DNA of 64,000 nt from Thermoplasmata archaeon (lineage in GTDB: Archaea; Thermoplasmatota; Thermoplasmata; Lutacidiplasmatales; UBA184), in NCBI GenBank assembly GCA_028864975.1, contig JAGWLG010000001.1, positions 1-64,000 on the forward strand, written 5' to 3'. Position numbers and translations under genes: made by a program. The notes beneath the pieces were generated by a model. That model was given only the letters and a program-made list of their open reading frames with translations, was not told where the DNA came from and made no database searches. Positions 16,856-26,151 of the stretch are shown one piece after another (the stretch's first letter is position 1; every line of letters begins with the position of its first letter).

Positions 16856-17317
16856 ATGAGCGTTCGCCCCCCCTATCATGCTCCCCCGATGCGGCCTGTC
16901 GCCGGGACGGTCGCCGTGCACGCCGGGTTCGCCCACCCGAAGCGCCCGATCGGGATCGCGCTCCTGGCCGTTCTTGTCGCCTTGGTCGGGGTGGGGGCGC
17001 TGATCCTGGGGCTCATCGTGCTCCTTGGGCCGACCATCGATCTTGGCCCGCTGTACGGGGTGGTCTCGCTGTTCGGGGCCACGGTCTTCACGCTCGGTCC
17101 CCTCGGGGGCGCAGGGATGTTCCTGGGAGGGTTCATCCTGATCTCGGTGGCCAACGGACTGTGGCACCAGGAGCTCTGGGCCCTTGCCCTGGCCGCCGTG
17201 GCGCTCTTCGCGGCGGAGGCGGTGATCTTCTTCTTCTTCCTCCCGTTCACCTACTTGTTCTTCGTCTTGCTCGGGCTGTTCGTCTACCTGCTCGCCGTTC
17301 GCAAGAGTTTCACGTAG
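16856..17317 (+). CDS. Small multi-pass membrane protein
   Basis: KRPIGIALLAVL start of TM1; four to five hydrophobic helices. Confidence 0.7.
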   Translation: MSVRPPYHAPPMRPVAGTVAVHAGFAHPKRPIGIALLAVLVALVGVGALILGLIVLLGPTIDLGPLYGVVSLFGATVFTLGPLGGAGMFLGGFILISVANGLWHQELWALALAAVALFAAEAVIFFFFLPFTYLFFVLLGLFVYLLAVRKSFT

Positions 17318-17497
17318 GCCCCTCCGCGTCGCGAGGGCAATCAGGAAAGGGTCTCCTGCTGCGGGGGTCTTTCCTCCCACGGCGGCAAGCCCAAGAGACC
17401 GTACCCTCTGGATGCACGTCCTGCCCCCCCCGGGCAGTCCCGGCCCCTGCCGGCAAAGCTTCTCGTAGGCAGAGCCTGTCGCAAGGGTTGCCTTTCC

Positions 17498-18298
17498 GTG
17501 ACGCTCAGGCTCGTCCTCGCGGAGCTGGCCCCTGCGCGCGGTGAGCTGCCCAAGAACCTCGCCCTGCTCGACAGGGCGGTCAAGGCCTCCCCGCCGGCCG
17601 ACCTGATCGTCCTGCCCGAGCTCTTCCTCTCCGGCTACCGGGTCGGAGAGAGGATCCACCGGTTGGCCCTTTCCCCGGAGAGCCCCGCGTTCCGACGCGT
17701 CCAAGAGGCTTCTCGCGCCTCCGGCGCCTGGATCGTGGTGGGGACCCCTTGGGCCCATCCCGATCGAAAGGGCGAGACGCAGAACGTTGCACTCTTGGTC
17801 GGTCCATCGGGCGAGTGGAAGGTCCAGCCGAAGCGCTACCTCCCGACGTTCGGCCCATTCGAGGAGGCGGTGAACCTCTCTCCGGGGGACAAGAGCGAGG
17901 TCTTCGCGACTCCCCTCGGCAAGGTCGGGATGGAGATCTGCTACGAGGTCTTCTTCCCCGAGGTGAGCCGTCAATTGGCGATGTCGGGGGCTGAGCTGGT
18001 CGTGGTCATCTCCGCCTCGCCCGTCTCTTCGAGGCGTCTCTTCGAGAAACTCCTCCCGGCCCGCGCGGTCGAGAACGGCTGCCCCGTGGCCTACTGCAAT
18101 CGCACGGGGGTCGAGGACGGTATGGTCTTCGCGGGAGGCTCGGGCCTCTGGGACACGCGGGGGGACCCCGACCCCCCGAAGGCGATCGAACTGGGGGAGG
18201 AGGACCGCCTCCTCTGCTACGAGGTCCCGCTCGAGTCGGTCCCGCTCTGGAGGCCGATGCGACCGGTCCTCCGGGACGTTGCCGCGAGACCCCCATGA
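17498..18298 (+). CDS. Carbon-nitrogen hydrolase (nitrilase family)
   Basis: Catalytic triad contexts LPELF (E), QPKRYLP (K), ICYEVFFPE (C); RAVENG. Confidence 0.92.
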   Translation: MTLRLVLAELAPARGELPKNLALLDRAVKASPPADLIVLPELFLSGYRVGERIHRLALSPESPAFRRVQEASRASGAWIVVGTPWAHPDRKGETQNVALLVGPSGEWKVQPKRYLPTFGPFEEAVNLSPGDKSEVFATPLGKVGMEICYEVFFPEVSRQLAMSGAELVVVISASPVSSRRLFEKLLPARAVENGCPVAYCNRTGVEDGMVFAGGSGLWDTRGDPDPPKAIELGEEDRLLCYEVPLESVPLWRPMRPVLRDVAARPP

Positions 18299-18339
18299 TC
18301 CGCGGGCCAGGGCGCGTGGATGGGCAGCGCTCTGGCTCG

Positions 18340-21300
18340 ATGGCTTGCCGGAGCGATCCCGACCTGTTCCCGGTATCGTGTCGACCCCAGCACGCGCTCC
18401 CTGGACCTCCCCGTATTCCCACCCAGGGGGCGGTCGTACTTCTCCTACTCTTCACCCTGAGCCTTTCTGCGGGCGCGGGGGTGGCTGCTCCCACCCACCA
18501 TCCCGGGTCAGGTCTCGCGGAGACCTCCGGAGCGCGCGAGGAGAGAAGCTCTGCAACGCTCCCCACCCTGACCGCCCGGATCACGACCGAAGACCGTGGT
18601 GCGGGCTCGAATCAGGGCATCAGCGCCTCGGTCTATCTTCCGAACCAGACCATCGCTCCCGGGGAGAACTGGACCCTCCTTTTGGCGGAGCCGGTCAACG
18701 CGACAGCTGCGTTCGGGGTCGGGCTCATCGGCTGGCAGAACGGCAGTCGACCGATGTGGGATGGATTCTACGAGCTGTGGAACTTCAGTGGGTTCGCTCC
18801 CACGCAAGTATTCCGGAACCTTTCCTCCCCGTTCCTGGGGGGCTCGACCCTCTCCCTGGACTTCTCTTGGTCGCATGGGCTCTGGTGGCAGGCCCACATC
18901 GGGGGTCGGAACCTGTCCGCTCCTGGGGGGAACGGGAGCGTGGACCTTGGCGCGCTCACCGCGGCGGGCCTCTCCTTCGGAACGGCGCCGTTCCACTCGC
19001 CAACGTTCGAAGTGGAGGGGAACTCGACGACATTCCCCGGGGTGCTCTCCCTCCCCGCGACCCTCGCGATCGAACAGGGCGGATCCGCGCACGTACCATC
19101 GAACGCGATCTGGTGGGCTTCTCAGAGCGGATGGACCGCCGAAGGGGAAGACCAGAACACGGCCCTCCCGATGGGGGCGGTCCTGATGGGGACCGGGGCC
19201 TCGAGCGCTCCCTCGAACGGGAGCTGGTTATGGGGGATCGGAGGACCGGCCTTTCGTACGCTCGGGAACCTGTCCGCGCCTTCGAGCCCTTCCGCGTCGG
19301 GGTTCGCGACGACGCTGAACCTGACCCTCGCGGGCACGTCCGGTTCGAACGTGTCCTCCTACGCGGTCACCCTCCTCATGCCCCTCTCACCATCGGTCAC
19401 GATCGGGGTGGGAGCTTGGGTCCACGCTCCGGGGCCGACCTCGGTCCTTCCGTTCTATGTGGAGAACCGTTCGGGCGTGCTGCGGTACTTCGCTGGCGAC
19501 TTCGACCTGCTGAACGCGGCCGGCCTCCTTCGATTGGAAGCATCTTCCTCGGGGGGTGGGGTCTGGTCCTTCACGGCGGGCGCCACGGCGATCCTCGGGA
19601 CGTCGGCAGGCGGGGCGTTGTCCGAAGGCAACTCCGTTACTTCGGCAGGGGGGGTCCCCGAGCTCTTGGTGCAAGAGGGAGTCCCGGGCCCCGCGACACC
19701 GACCCCCCTCTCCCTCGCGACAGTTGTAGAGCTGAACGCTTCTGGAGCGTGGTCCATTCCCTCGAAAGGGGTGGTCGGAGCCGCCCCGATCGGTTGCGCC
19801 GGCTGCTCCTCCGTCCCTGTCGAAGGCAACTCGCAGGACCTTTTCCTCCCACCGGGCTCGGCCCAGGTCCTGGCCAGCCTCTCCCCTCTCCCCACCGGTA
19901 CGCTCTTGTGGAACGGAAGCCCGGGGCCTAGGGCGAACGTCACGCTGGGCGGGATCCCGAGCCAGGTGGGCTCCCTCAGCCGTGTGAGCGCTATCGTGGA
20001 GGTCAACGGCTCGGGGATGCCCCTCTCTTCTCCGCAAGTGGAGCTCGTGCTCCCCCCCGAGGTCACCGCCGCGCCTCCATGGTATCTCAGCTCCGGGGGA
20101 GCGGTCGTCAACCTGACGTTCCCTCTGACCACGGGGCCTACGCTCTTGACGGTGAGCGCAAGAGGTGTCGCGCCGGGGTACTCTCCCGGGGTCGCGGGTG
20201 AGACCTTCTGGTTGGTCCCGGGGAACCTCACGGTCTCGGGGCACTTGACCGGCCCCCCCCTGGCCCCATCGAAGAATGGCACGCTTGAGGTGTGGGTCAA
20301 CGGTACCGACGGGATCGGCCCGCTCTCGAACGCGACCCTCGCGCTCCAAAGCTCACTGGGGGCGGTCCTCGGACCCCCCGTCTTCGATCCTTCGACCGTT
20401 TCGTATGACCTGGGCTACACGGCCCCCTCGGTAAGCCAGCCCACCACCGACTCCGTGACCATCTTCGCGACGGTGCCGGGGTTCGTCCTCACGGGGGGTC
20501 GGGTCCAGGTCCCTCTTGCCCCCCAGGTTCTCTCCCTCGCCGTTCGCTCGTCCTCTGGCCCCGTCGCGAGCGGGAGCGTCGCAAGCTTCGAGGCCTGGGT
20601 GAACGGAACGTCCGGAGCCCCCATCTCGGGAGCGACGATCTACGCCGTCTTCGGGCTCTACGCCTTTTCGGGGCCCTTGACCACGCGCTCGCCCACCTTC
20701 GGGACCTACACGTTCAACCTCTCAGTCCCGCTCGTTCCCCACAACGGAAGCTACGTGGTCCTCGCGGAGGCGACCTTCGCGGGCTACGGGCCGGACGCGG
20801 TCCAGACGCATGCGACCGTGGTCGTCCAGCCCTTGGAAGCTGCGGCCTCGGTCTCCAAGCTTTCGCAGGGGACCTTCGGGATTTTCTTGATGGTCCGCAA
20901 CGCTTCCGGTCCGGTCGCGGGGGCCGAGGCGAGCGTGTCGGCGGAATCGGGTACGGTCGTCCCTCCCTCCTCCGCCACGAACGGGACGGGCGCATCCCAG
21001 TTCGTCTGGGTGCCGCCAGCAGGCGCCTCCGGGTCCTTCGTGCTCCGGGTAAGCGTGAGTGCTCTGGGATTCTATCCCCGGAACCTGACCCTTTCGATCA
21101 CGGTCGCGGCCTCGTCGGGACCGCTCGGGTTGCCTCCGTCAGACTGGTTCCTCCTGGCTCCGCTCGCGGTCCTCGCGACCTTCTTCGCTCTCTGGGTCGT
21201 GGGACGCTGGAAGGCGGGGCCGCCGCGTCCGCGGTTGGGGAAGACCCCATCGAAGCCTCCACCCGAGGATCAGGCGCGGCAGAAGGGGAAGGAGAAGCCC

Positions 21301-21519
21301 GAAGGTGAGGTGTCGGTCGAGAGCGACAAGACCTTCCTCCCCAAGGAGTCGCTCGGGATCCCAGGAGAAGAGGCCGGCAAGACCCTAGCGACCGCACCCT
21401 CCTCCGGACCGGAAGTGCCGGGGAGCGAGGCGACACCAAGGACCGAGGAGGAAGAGCGCGTGGCCGACCCAGAGACGGCCGACGCTCCCGGTGCGCGCCC
21501 GCCTTCTGAGGGTCCCTAG
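18340..21519 (+). CDS. Large surface glycoprotein: tandem N-terminal beta-rich domains, Ig-like stalk, C-terminal TM
   Basis: Signal-like VVLLLLFTLSLSAGA, many sequons, TM WFLLAPLAVLATFFALWVV, charged/Pro tail. Start uncertain (18295/18340 or later). Confidence 0.75.
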   Translation: MACRSDPDLFPVSCRPQHALPGPPRIPTQGAVVLLLLFTLSLSAGAGVAAPTHHPGSGLAETSGAREERSSATLPTLTARITTEDRGAGSNQGISASVYLPNQTIAPGENWTLLLAEPVNATAAFGVGLIGWQNGSRPMWDGFYELWNFSGFAPTQVFRNLSSPFLGGSTLSLDFSWSHGLWWQAHIGGRNLSAPGGNGSVDLGALTAAGLSFGTAPFHSPTFEVEGNSTTFPGVLSLPATLAIEQGGSAHVPSNAIWWASQSGWTAEGEDQNTALPMGAVLMGTGASSAPSNGSWLWGIGGPAFRTLGNLSAPSSPSASGFATTLNLTLAGTSGSNVSSYAVTLLMPLSPSVTIGVGAWVHAPGPTSVLPFYVENRSGVLRYFAGDFDLLNAAGLLRLEASSSGGGVWSFTAGATAILGTSAGGALSEGNSVTSAGGVPELLVQEGVPGPATPTPLSLATVVELNASGAWSIPSKGVVGAAPIGCAGCSSVPVEGNSQDLFLPPGSAQVLASLSPLPTGTLLWNGSPGPRANVTLGGIPSQVGSLSRVSAIVEVNGSGMPLSSPQVELVLPPEVTAAPPWYLSSGGAVVNLTFPLTTGPTLLTVSARGVAPGYSPGVAGETFWLVPGNLTVSGHLTGPPLAPSKNGTLEVWVNGTDGIGPLSNATLALQSSLGAVLGPPVFDPSTVSYDLGYTAPSVSQPTTDSVTIFATVPGFVLTGGRVQVPLAPQVLSLAVRSSSGPVASGSVASFEAWVNGTSGAPISGATIYAVFGLYAFSGPLTTRSPTFGTYTFNLSVPLVPHNGSYVVLAEATFAGYGPDAVQTHATVVVQPLEAAASVSKLSQGTFGIFLMVRNASGPVAGAEASVSAESGTVVPPSSATNGTGASQFVWVPPAGASGSFVLRVSVSALGFYPRNLTLSITVAASSGPLGLPPSDWFLLAPLAVLATFFALWVVGRWKAGPPRPRLGKTPSKPPPEDQARQKGKEKPEGEVSVESDKTFLPKESLGIPGEEAGKTLATAPSSGPEVPGSEATPRTEEEERVADPETADAPGARPPSEGP

Positions 21520-22286
21520 GAGATCGCGGCCCCGCAGTGCTTGCAGAAGCGCGAGTCCCCCTCCAGGGTCGCGCCGCACGCCGGGCAAGCCCGGGGACCC
21601 ACGGGCATGGGCGGAGGCGACGCGGTCATGGCCGAGCGCGCGGTCTGGTAGGTCGACGGGCGCGCCCCCGGCGTGTAGGGAGCGCCGCCCCGGGGAGGTG
21701 CCCCCGCCGGTGTCGGTGGAGGTGAGCGGGCGCCGGCGAAGGGGTCGGGAGCGACATTGTCCGCGGGGGCGGGACCCGGCGCGGGCATCCCGGGTCCGGG
21801 GGCATAGGGTGCACCGGCGGAAGGGTAAGGGGACGAGTAGGGTGGCGCAGCGACAGGGGCCGCCATGGCGCCTCGGGGAGGCGGCATCCCGCCCTTCTCC
21901 AACAGCACGAGCGGGTGGACCCGCTCGAGGGCGCGGTGAAGGAAGAGGCCCGGGAGGATGCCACCCGGAACGAATCCGAGCGTGCGGCGCCAGCCGCGGA
22001 GGTAATTGTCCCCCTCCTCGAATCGCCCCTCTCGCCAGAAGGACACCGCCCCTTTCTGGGACGTGAGGCCTACGAAGAGGTCCGAGGCTCCGGCGGCCCC
22101 GAAATAGGCCATGGCGAGGGCAGGGAAGAGGTAGGGGAAGCCGGGGGTGACCGCGACCACATAGGCCATGTAGGCCGTCAGGGCGAGGAAGGCCGCTCCC
22201 AGCACGATGGCGAGAACCTGGCCCAGCTTGAGCTGGGACCGAGCCTCCTCGGCCTCGACCGGCAACGGCACCGGTTCCTTCTCCAT
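21516..22286 (-). CDS. Membrane protein with Pro-rich linker and C-terminal Zn ribbon (last gene of the pilus operon)
   Basis: Two to three TM helices; tail CPACGATLEGDSRFCKHCG; SD GGTGGAGG before ATG 22286. Confidence 0.75.
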   Translation of the reverse strand: MEKEPVPLPVEAEEARSQLKLGQVLAIVLGAAFLALTAYMAYVVAVTPGFPYLFPALAMAYFGAAGASDLFVGLTSQKGAVSFWREGRFEEGDNYLRGWRRTLGFVPGGILPGLFLHRALERVHPLVLLEKGGMPPPRGAMAAPVAAPPYSSPYPSAGAPYAPGPGMPAPGPAPADNVAPDPFAGARSPPPTPAGAPPRGGAPYTPGARPSTYQTARSAMTASPPPMPVGPRACPACGATLEGDSRFCKHCGAAIS

Positions 22287-22350
22287 CGACGGGTCGCCTC
22301 CACCTTGGCCTCCTCGGATCATCGTTCTTCTCCTCCTTGTTGGGTCCTCT

Positions 22351-22929
22351 TCAAGTACACGAATATGACGCGCCATCGAACGCGTAGACGAAGGTGAGGT
22401 AGGTCGGGAAGCCGTCGACGAAGACGAGCGCAACGGTCGCGTTGAAATTGACCCCCGAGGGGAACGAGGTGCACTTGTAGACCTGGTCCATCGCGTTGAG
22501 ATGGTACTGGGTCGTACCGAACCGTTCGATGGTGTGGGTCATGTTCTCAGGGAAGAGGTGGACGGGCTTCGTCAGGTCCAGATAGGTGCCGACGAGGGGG
22601 CCCGACCCGTTCGAGACCGTCACCACGAAGTCGTGGGTGAAGTCGACGGTGTAACGGCTCCCGGCGAGCGTGGTGGGCATCGCGACCCCGTTCTCGACGG
22701 TCGTTCCGCTCCCTCCGACGGTCTCGTTATAGAGGAAGGGCTGGTTGGTCGAGGCGGCGATCCCTTCGACCCGGTCGACCTGGTCCGCCACCGTATGGGC
22801 GGTCGAGGAGAGCGCATTGCGCAGGACGTAGTTGTGGTCGACGTTCTGGAAGAAGGCGAGCGAGATCACCACCAGTCCGAAGACGATCAGGCTCACGACC
22901 AGGACGCTCACCGCCCAATCGAGCATCAT
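22351..22929 (-). CDS. Pilin-like protein (N-terminal hydrophobic helix, no obvious prepilin leader)
   Basis: MMLDWAVSVLVVSLIVFGLVVISLAFF followed by a beta-rich domain; ATG overlaps the upstream stop (ATGA). Confidence 0.65.
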   Translation of the reverse strand: MMLDWAVSVLVVSLIVFGLVVISLAFFQNVDHNYVLRNALSSTAHTVADQVDRVEGIAASTNQPFLYNETVGGSGTTVENGVAMPTTLAGSRYTVDFTHDFVVTVSNGSGPLVGTYLDLTKPVHLFPENMTHTIERFGTTQYHLNAMDQVYKCTSFPSGVNFNATVALVFVDGFPTYLTFVYAFDGASYSCT

Positions 22930-23516
22930 GGGATCTGCTGCACCTCCACGAAGCCCGTCGTGTTGGTCGGGTCCGGCATCCCGCAGAAGAAGCCGCCAGG
23001 GGAGATCTTCGTGAGAGCGATCTGGCTGTTCCCCGGAGGAAGGACGAAGGGGCGGAAGTTGAGCCCCGGGTTCGGCGTGTTGCAGGTGATGTTCGTTAGC
23101 AGGACGTTCTGGACGCCGTTGTCTACGAGGGTGGAGAAGCTGTAGACGTTGTGCGTCCCCCACTTGATGTAGGCAGCCTGGTAGTTCAGGAACCCTCCCC
23201 TCAGATAGATCGACCCGCCGGCGGTGATCACGCCGTTCCCCGGCAAGGAGATGGAGACGAGCAGGGTCGTGTTGATCCCGTCATCGTAGGCCTGGACCGC
23301 GACGTCGCGCATGTTGGCGACCTGTTCCTGGACGGCGAGGGTCTCCTGGTCGTTCGAATACGTGATGAGCGAAGCGACGATGATCGGGATCACGATCGCC
23401 AGAATGATCACGATGATCAGCAGCTCGAGCGGGACGTCCGTCACCCCTCGGGTGGACCGGCGGAGCGCACGCGCGCGCCTCGGCCGTCGGACCTTCAGGG
23501 GGGACAGGGACCTCAT
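22926..23516 (-). CDS. Type IV pilin-like protein
   Basis: Class III signal: basic leader ...RRSTRG|VTDVPLELLIIVIILAIVIPIIV. Confidence 0.82.
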   Translation of the reverse strand: MRSLSPLKVRRPRRARALRRSTRGVTDVPLELLIIVIILAIVIPIIVASLITYSNDQETLAVQEQVANMRDVAVQAYDDGINTTLLVSISLPGNGVITAGGSIYLRGGFLNYQAAYIKWGTHNVYSFSTLVDNGVQNVLLTNITCNTPNPGLNFRPFVLPPGNSQIALTKISPGGFFCGMPDPTNTTGFVEVQQIP

Positions 23517-23983
23517 GATAGCACCATCAGGGTGACCGTCGTGGTCTGCTGAGGCGGAGAGGCCAGGGAGACCGAGGGCAGGTAGATCCCGGTCACGGTG
23601 AGCTCTCCGCTCGACGCATGGTAGTGGAGCACGGGGACGATCCAGAAGAACGCGGAACCGTTCGCGGAGGTGAGGGCCCTGCCGGAGATGGAGCTGCCGT
23701 TCAGGACGATGGTCACGCCTCCGAGCACGCCTCCGGACTGCGCCCAGGCCGTGACCTTGAGTTGGGTCGGGGCCGCGTTGATGAAGCCGTTCGTCGTCGT
23801 CCCGGCGGGGGTCGACACCACGATCTGCGAGAGGCTCGTCATCCTGGCGTAGGAGAAGAGCGAGAGGACCAGAACCGTCCCGATCGCGATGACGAAGATC
23901 GAGATGAGCACGGAGAGCGGAAGCCCCTCCAGGACACCGCGTCGGGAGCGGCGAAACCGCGCCATCGATCCCCTCGCGCTCAT
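23513..23983 (-). CDS. Type IV pilin-like protein
   Basis: ...RFRRSRRG|VLEGLPLSVLISIFVIAIGTVLVL. The track fuses it into a spurious longer ORF; start is 23965, 23983 or 23995. Confidence 0.82.
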   Translation of the reverse strand: MSARGSMARFRRSRRGVLEGLPLSVLISIFVIAIGTVLVLSLFSYARMTSLSQIVVSTPAGTTTNGFINAAPTQLKVTAWAQSGGVLGGVTIVLNGSSISGRALTSANGSAFFWIVPVLHYHASSGELTVTGIYLPSVSLASPPQQTTTVTLMVLS

Positions 23984-24027
23984 TCCTCTCTCCATCGGAA
24001 CCATGCGTCCCCCGGCCGGGTCCAACT

Positions 24028-26151
24028 CTAGACCCCCGCGCTCGTCACCACGGCCAGTCCGAGGGTCGCCGCGACGAGGAAGATACCCACCGCGACGCCC
24101 AGCCAGGTCCCGATCATCATGCGGAGCGAGGTCCGGTCGCCCCCTCGGTCGACCCCGATGGAGAAGAAGATGATCACCATGACCATCTCGACCAGGTAGA
24201 CCCCGATGACCAGCATGAACACGGGGACCGAAACCACGAGGCTCCCCCCCGCGAGGACGTTGGAGAGCAGTACGTAGAGCGCTCCGGTCATCCCCAGGAC
24301 CAGAGGAGAGAAGAAGAAGGCCGTCCCGTTCATCATCGAGACGGTCGGCTTGAGCGTGGTCCGCAGCGATTGGTCGACGTCGCGCAGCTCTTTCAGATAC
24401 TGGGCCATCGGCACGATGGTGTGCCCCACGGCCTCCGGTCCCTTCGTCACCGCCTCGAGCAGAGCGCGCATGGAGACCGCGACCATTCGAGAGGGGTAGA
24501 TCTTGAGCAGACCCGGACCGTGGGGTCCCCCGAAGATGACCTGCTCGGGGGTCTGCCCGGTGACCCGCATCGCGTGGAGGATGCGTCGGAAGAACAGCGC
24601 AGTCTCCGTCCCGGTCATGGCTTCGGCGGTCCGGTCGAGCGCCCGCTCGAGCGGAAGACCCTCGGCCATCCGGTTCCCCACCTGGAAGAGCGCGTCCGGG
24701 AACTCGGCCTCCAGCCGCTCCATCGCCTTGCGTGCTTGGAAGCGTGGCCAGACATCCAGAAGGAAGAACACCGAGACGGCGACGGCGAAGCCGAAGACGG
24801 GGAAGAGCTCGAAGACCGGTTGGACGAGGCTCCCCATCCATCCCACGAACGCCGGGTAGGCCACCGCCCCGATCGCGAGCCCGATCAGGACCGAGAGCGC
24901 GAGGTTGGTCGAGAAGGTCCCTATCTCCTCGACCTCCGGAGGCTCGGGAGGCTTGAGCGTCCCGGGTCGCTTCGCAAGGATGCTGGAGGCGTAGGCGAAA
25001 GCGCCCACAGGGAAAGCGACGTCGAGCATGATGGCGAACAGCACGTTCGCTGTGATCTGGTCGCTCACCGAGAGCGGTGTCGTCTGGAGCGGGTTCCCCG
25101 AGCTGGTCCCGCTCGAGACCGAGCCGGGGTTGGCGAGCGTGTTCCCGAGGCCGGCGAGGAAGATCATCGGCAGCATCGCCCCGATGATCATCGGGAGGAG
25201 GACGCCCAGTCCAAAGAGCACGGTCGTCGGGCTCTGGAGCCCTGCGGCGAAGCTGTCGATCTTCTTCTTCGTTCCCTGAAGGACCGACTCGAGGGCCTTT
25301 TCGAGGTTCTTCGCGAGCCCCTCGTCGGTCCGCTCGAGCGTCGCCATCCGAATGGAGTACATCGCGTTCTTGAAGTCCTCGTTCCAGTGGCCCCACTCCT
25401 CGGCGAAGGACATGAAGGATTGTTCGATCGACGGGTGATTCCTGGTGTGGACGTCCCACAGTACCTTCCGCAAGCTGCTCGAGAGCGGGTCCTCGACGTT
25501 CTCGGCCGCGAAGCGGACCGCCCGGTCGAGAGACGGGTTCAGCCGCATGGACATGACCATGTAGTGGACCGCCTCGGGCGCCCTTCCCAGGGTCTGGACT
25601 CGGAGGCGGCCGGCGGTCCACTGGGGATAGTTGTAGATGTAGAGGTAGAGGACCAGGGGGAGCAGCGCGAGCGCGGCGATCGTGAGGGTCGCCAGGATCG
25701 GGTCGAGCGCGATCTGACCCGCCGCGGTCACGGCGAGCACGAGCTGGACCACGAGGACCGCGAAGATCGCCAGGAAGGAGACCAGAAAGACCGCCATGGC
25801 GGTCGTGTGGATTTCGTCCGGAGTGACGTCGAGCCCCGCGAAATAGAGCTCGCGGCGGAACCCGACGCGTTTGATAGATTGGTCGAGGACATCCAGCTTG
25901 CGCTGCAAGACGTGGACCCTCTTCTCCGCCTGGCGGAGTCGCATCGAGCGGCGGGCCTCCACGGTCTCGGCCTGCGTGACCGCGACCTCGGCCTGGCGGA
26001 GCTGGAGACGGACCCTCTCGTACTGGGCTTGTAGCCGGGCGGTCCGGCGTGCAGGGGGGAAGAAGCTCTGGAAGGACCCGCCCAGGCTGCGGACGAGGGA
26101 AGTGTACCAACCTGCCGCAGCGGCAGGTCCGCTCGCCAAGGCTTCAGCCAT
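24028..26151 (-). CDS. Type II/IV secretion system F-family (TadC/ArlJ-like) membrane platform protein
   Basis: Two T2SSF-like halves (APEAVHYMVMSMRLNPSLDRAV; FPDALFQVGNRMAEGLPLERAL) with multiple TMs; overlaps the ATPase stop. Confidence 0.88.
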   Translation of the reverse strand: MAEALASGPAAAAGWYTSLVRSLGGSFQSFFPPARRTARLQAQYERVRLQLRQAEVAVTQAETVEARRSMRLRQAEKRVHVLQRKLDVLDQSIKRVGFRRELYFAGLDVTPDEIHTTAMAVFLVSFLAIFAVLVVQLVLAVTAAGQIALDPILATLTIAALALLPLVLYLYIYNYPQWTAGRLRVQTLGRAPEAVHYMVMSMRLNPSLDRAVRFAAENVEDPLSSSLRKVLWDVHTRNHPSIEQSFMSFAEEWGHWNEDFKNAMYSIRMATLERTDEGLAKNLEKALESVLQGTKKKIDSFAAGLQSPTTVLFGLGVLLPMIIGAMLPMIFLAGLGNTLANPGSVSSGTSSGNPLQTTPLSVSDQITANVLFAIMLDVAFPVGAFAYASSILAKRPGTLKPPEPPEVEEIGTFSTNLALSVLIGLAIGAVAYPAFVGWMGSLVQPVFELFPVFGFAVAVSVFFLLDVWPRFQARKAMERLEAEFPDALFQVGNRMAEGLPLERALDRTAEAMTGTETALFFRRILHAMRVTGQTPEQVIFGGPHGPGLLKIYPSRMVAVSMRALLEAVTKGPEAVGHTIVPMAQYLKELRDVDQSLRTTLKPTVSMMNGTAFFFSPLVLGMTGALYVLLSNVLAGGSLVVSVPVFMLVIGVYLVEMVMVIIFFSIGVDRGGDRTSLRMMIGTWLGVAVGIFLVAATLGLAVVTSAGV

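Noticed and set aside
18340-21519. Thermopsin (peptidase A5) call
   Set aside because: The MGIADYG / SLQLN / YW.QN type motifs are not present.
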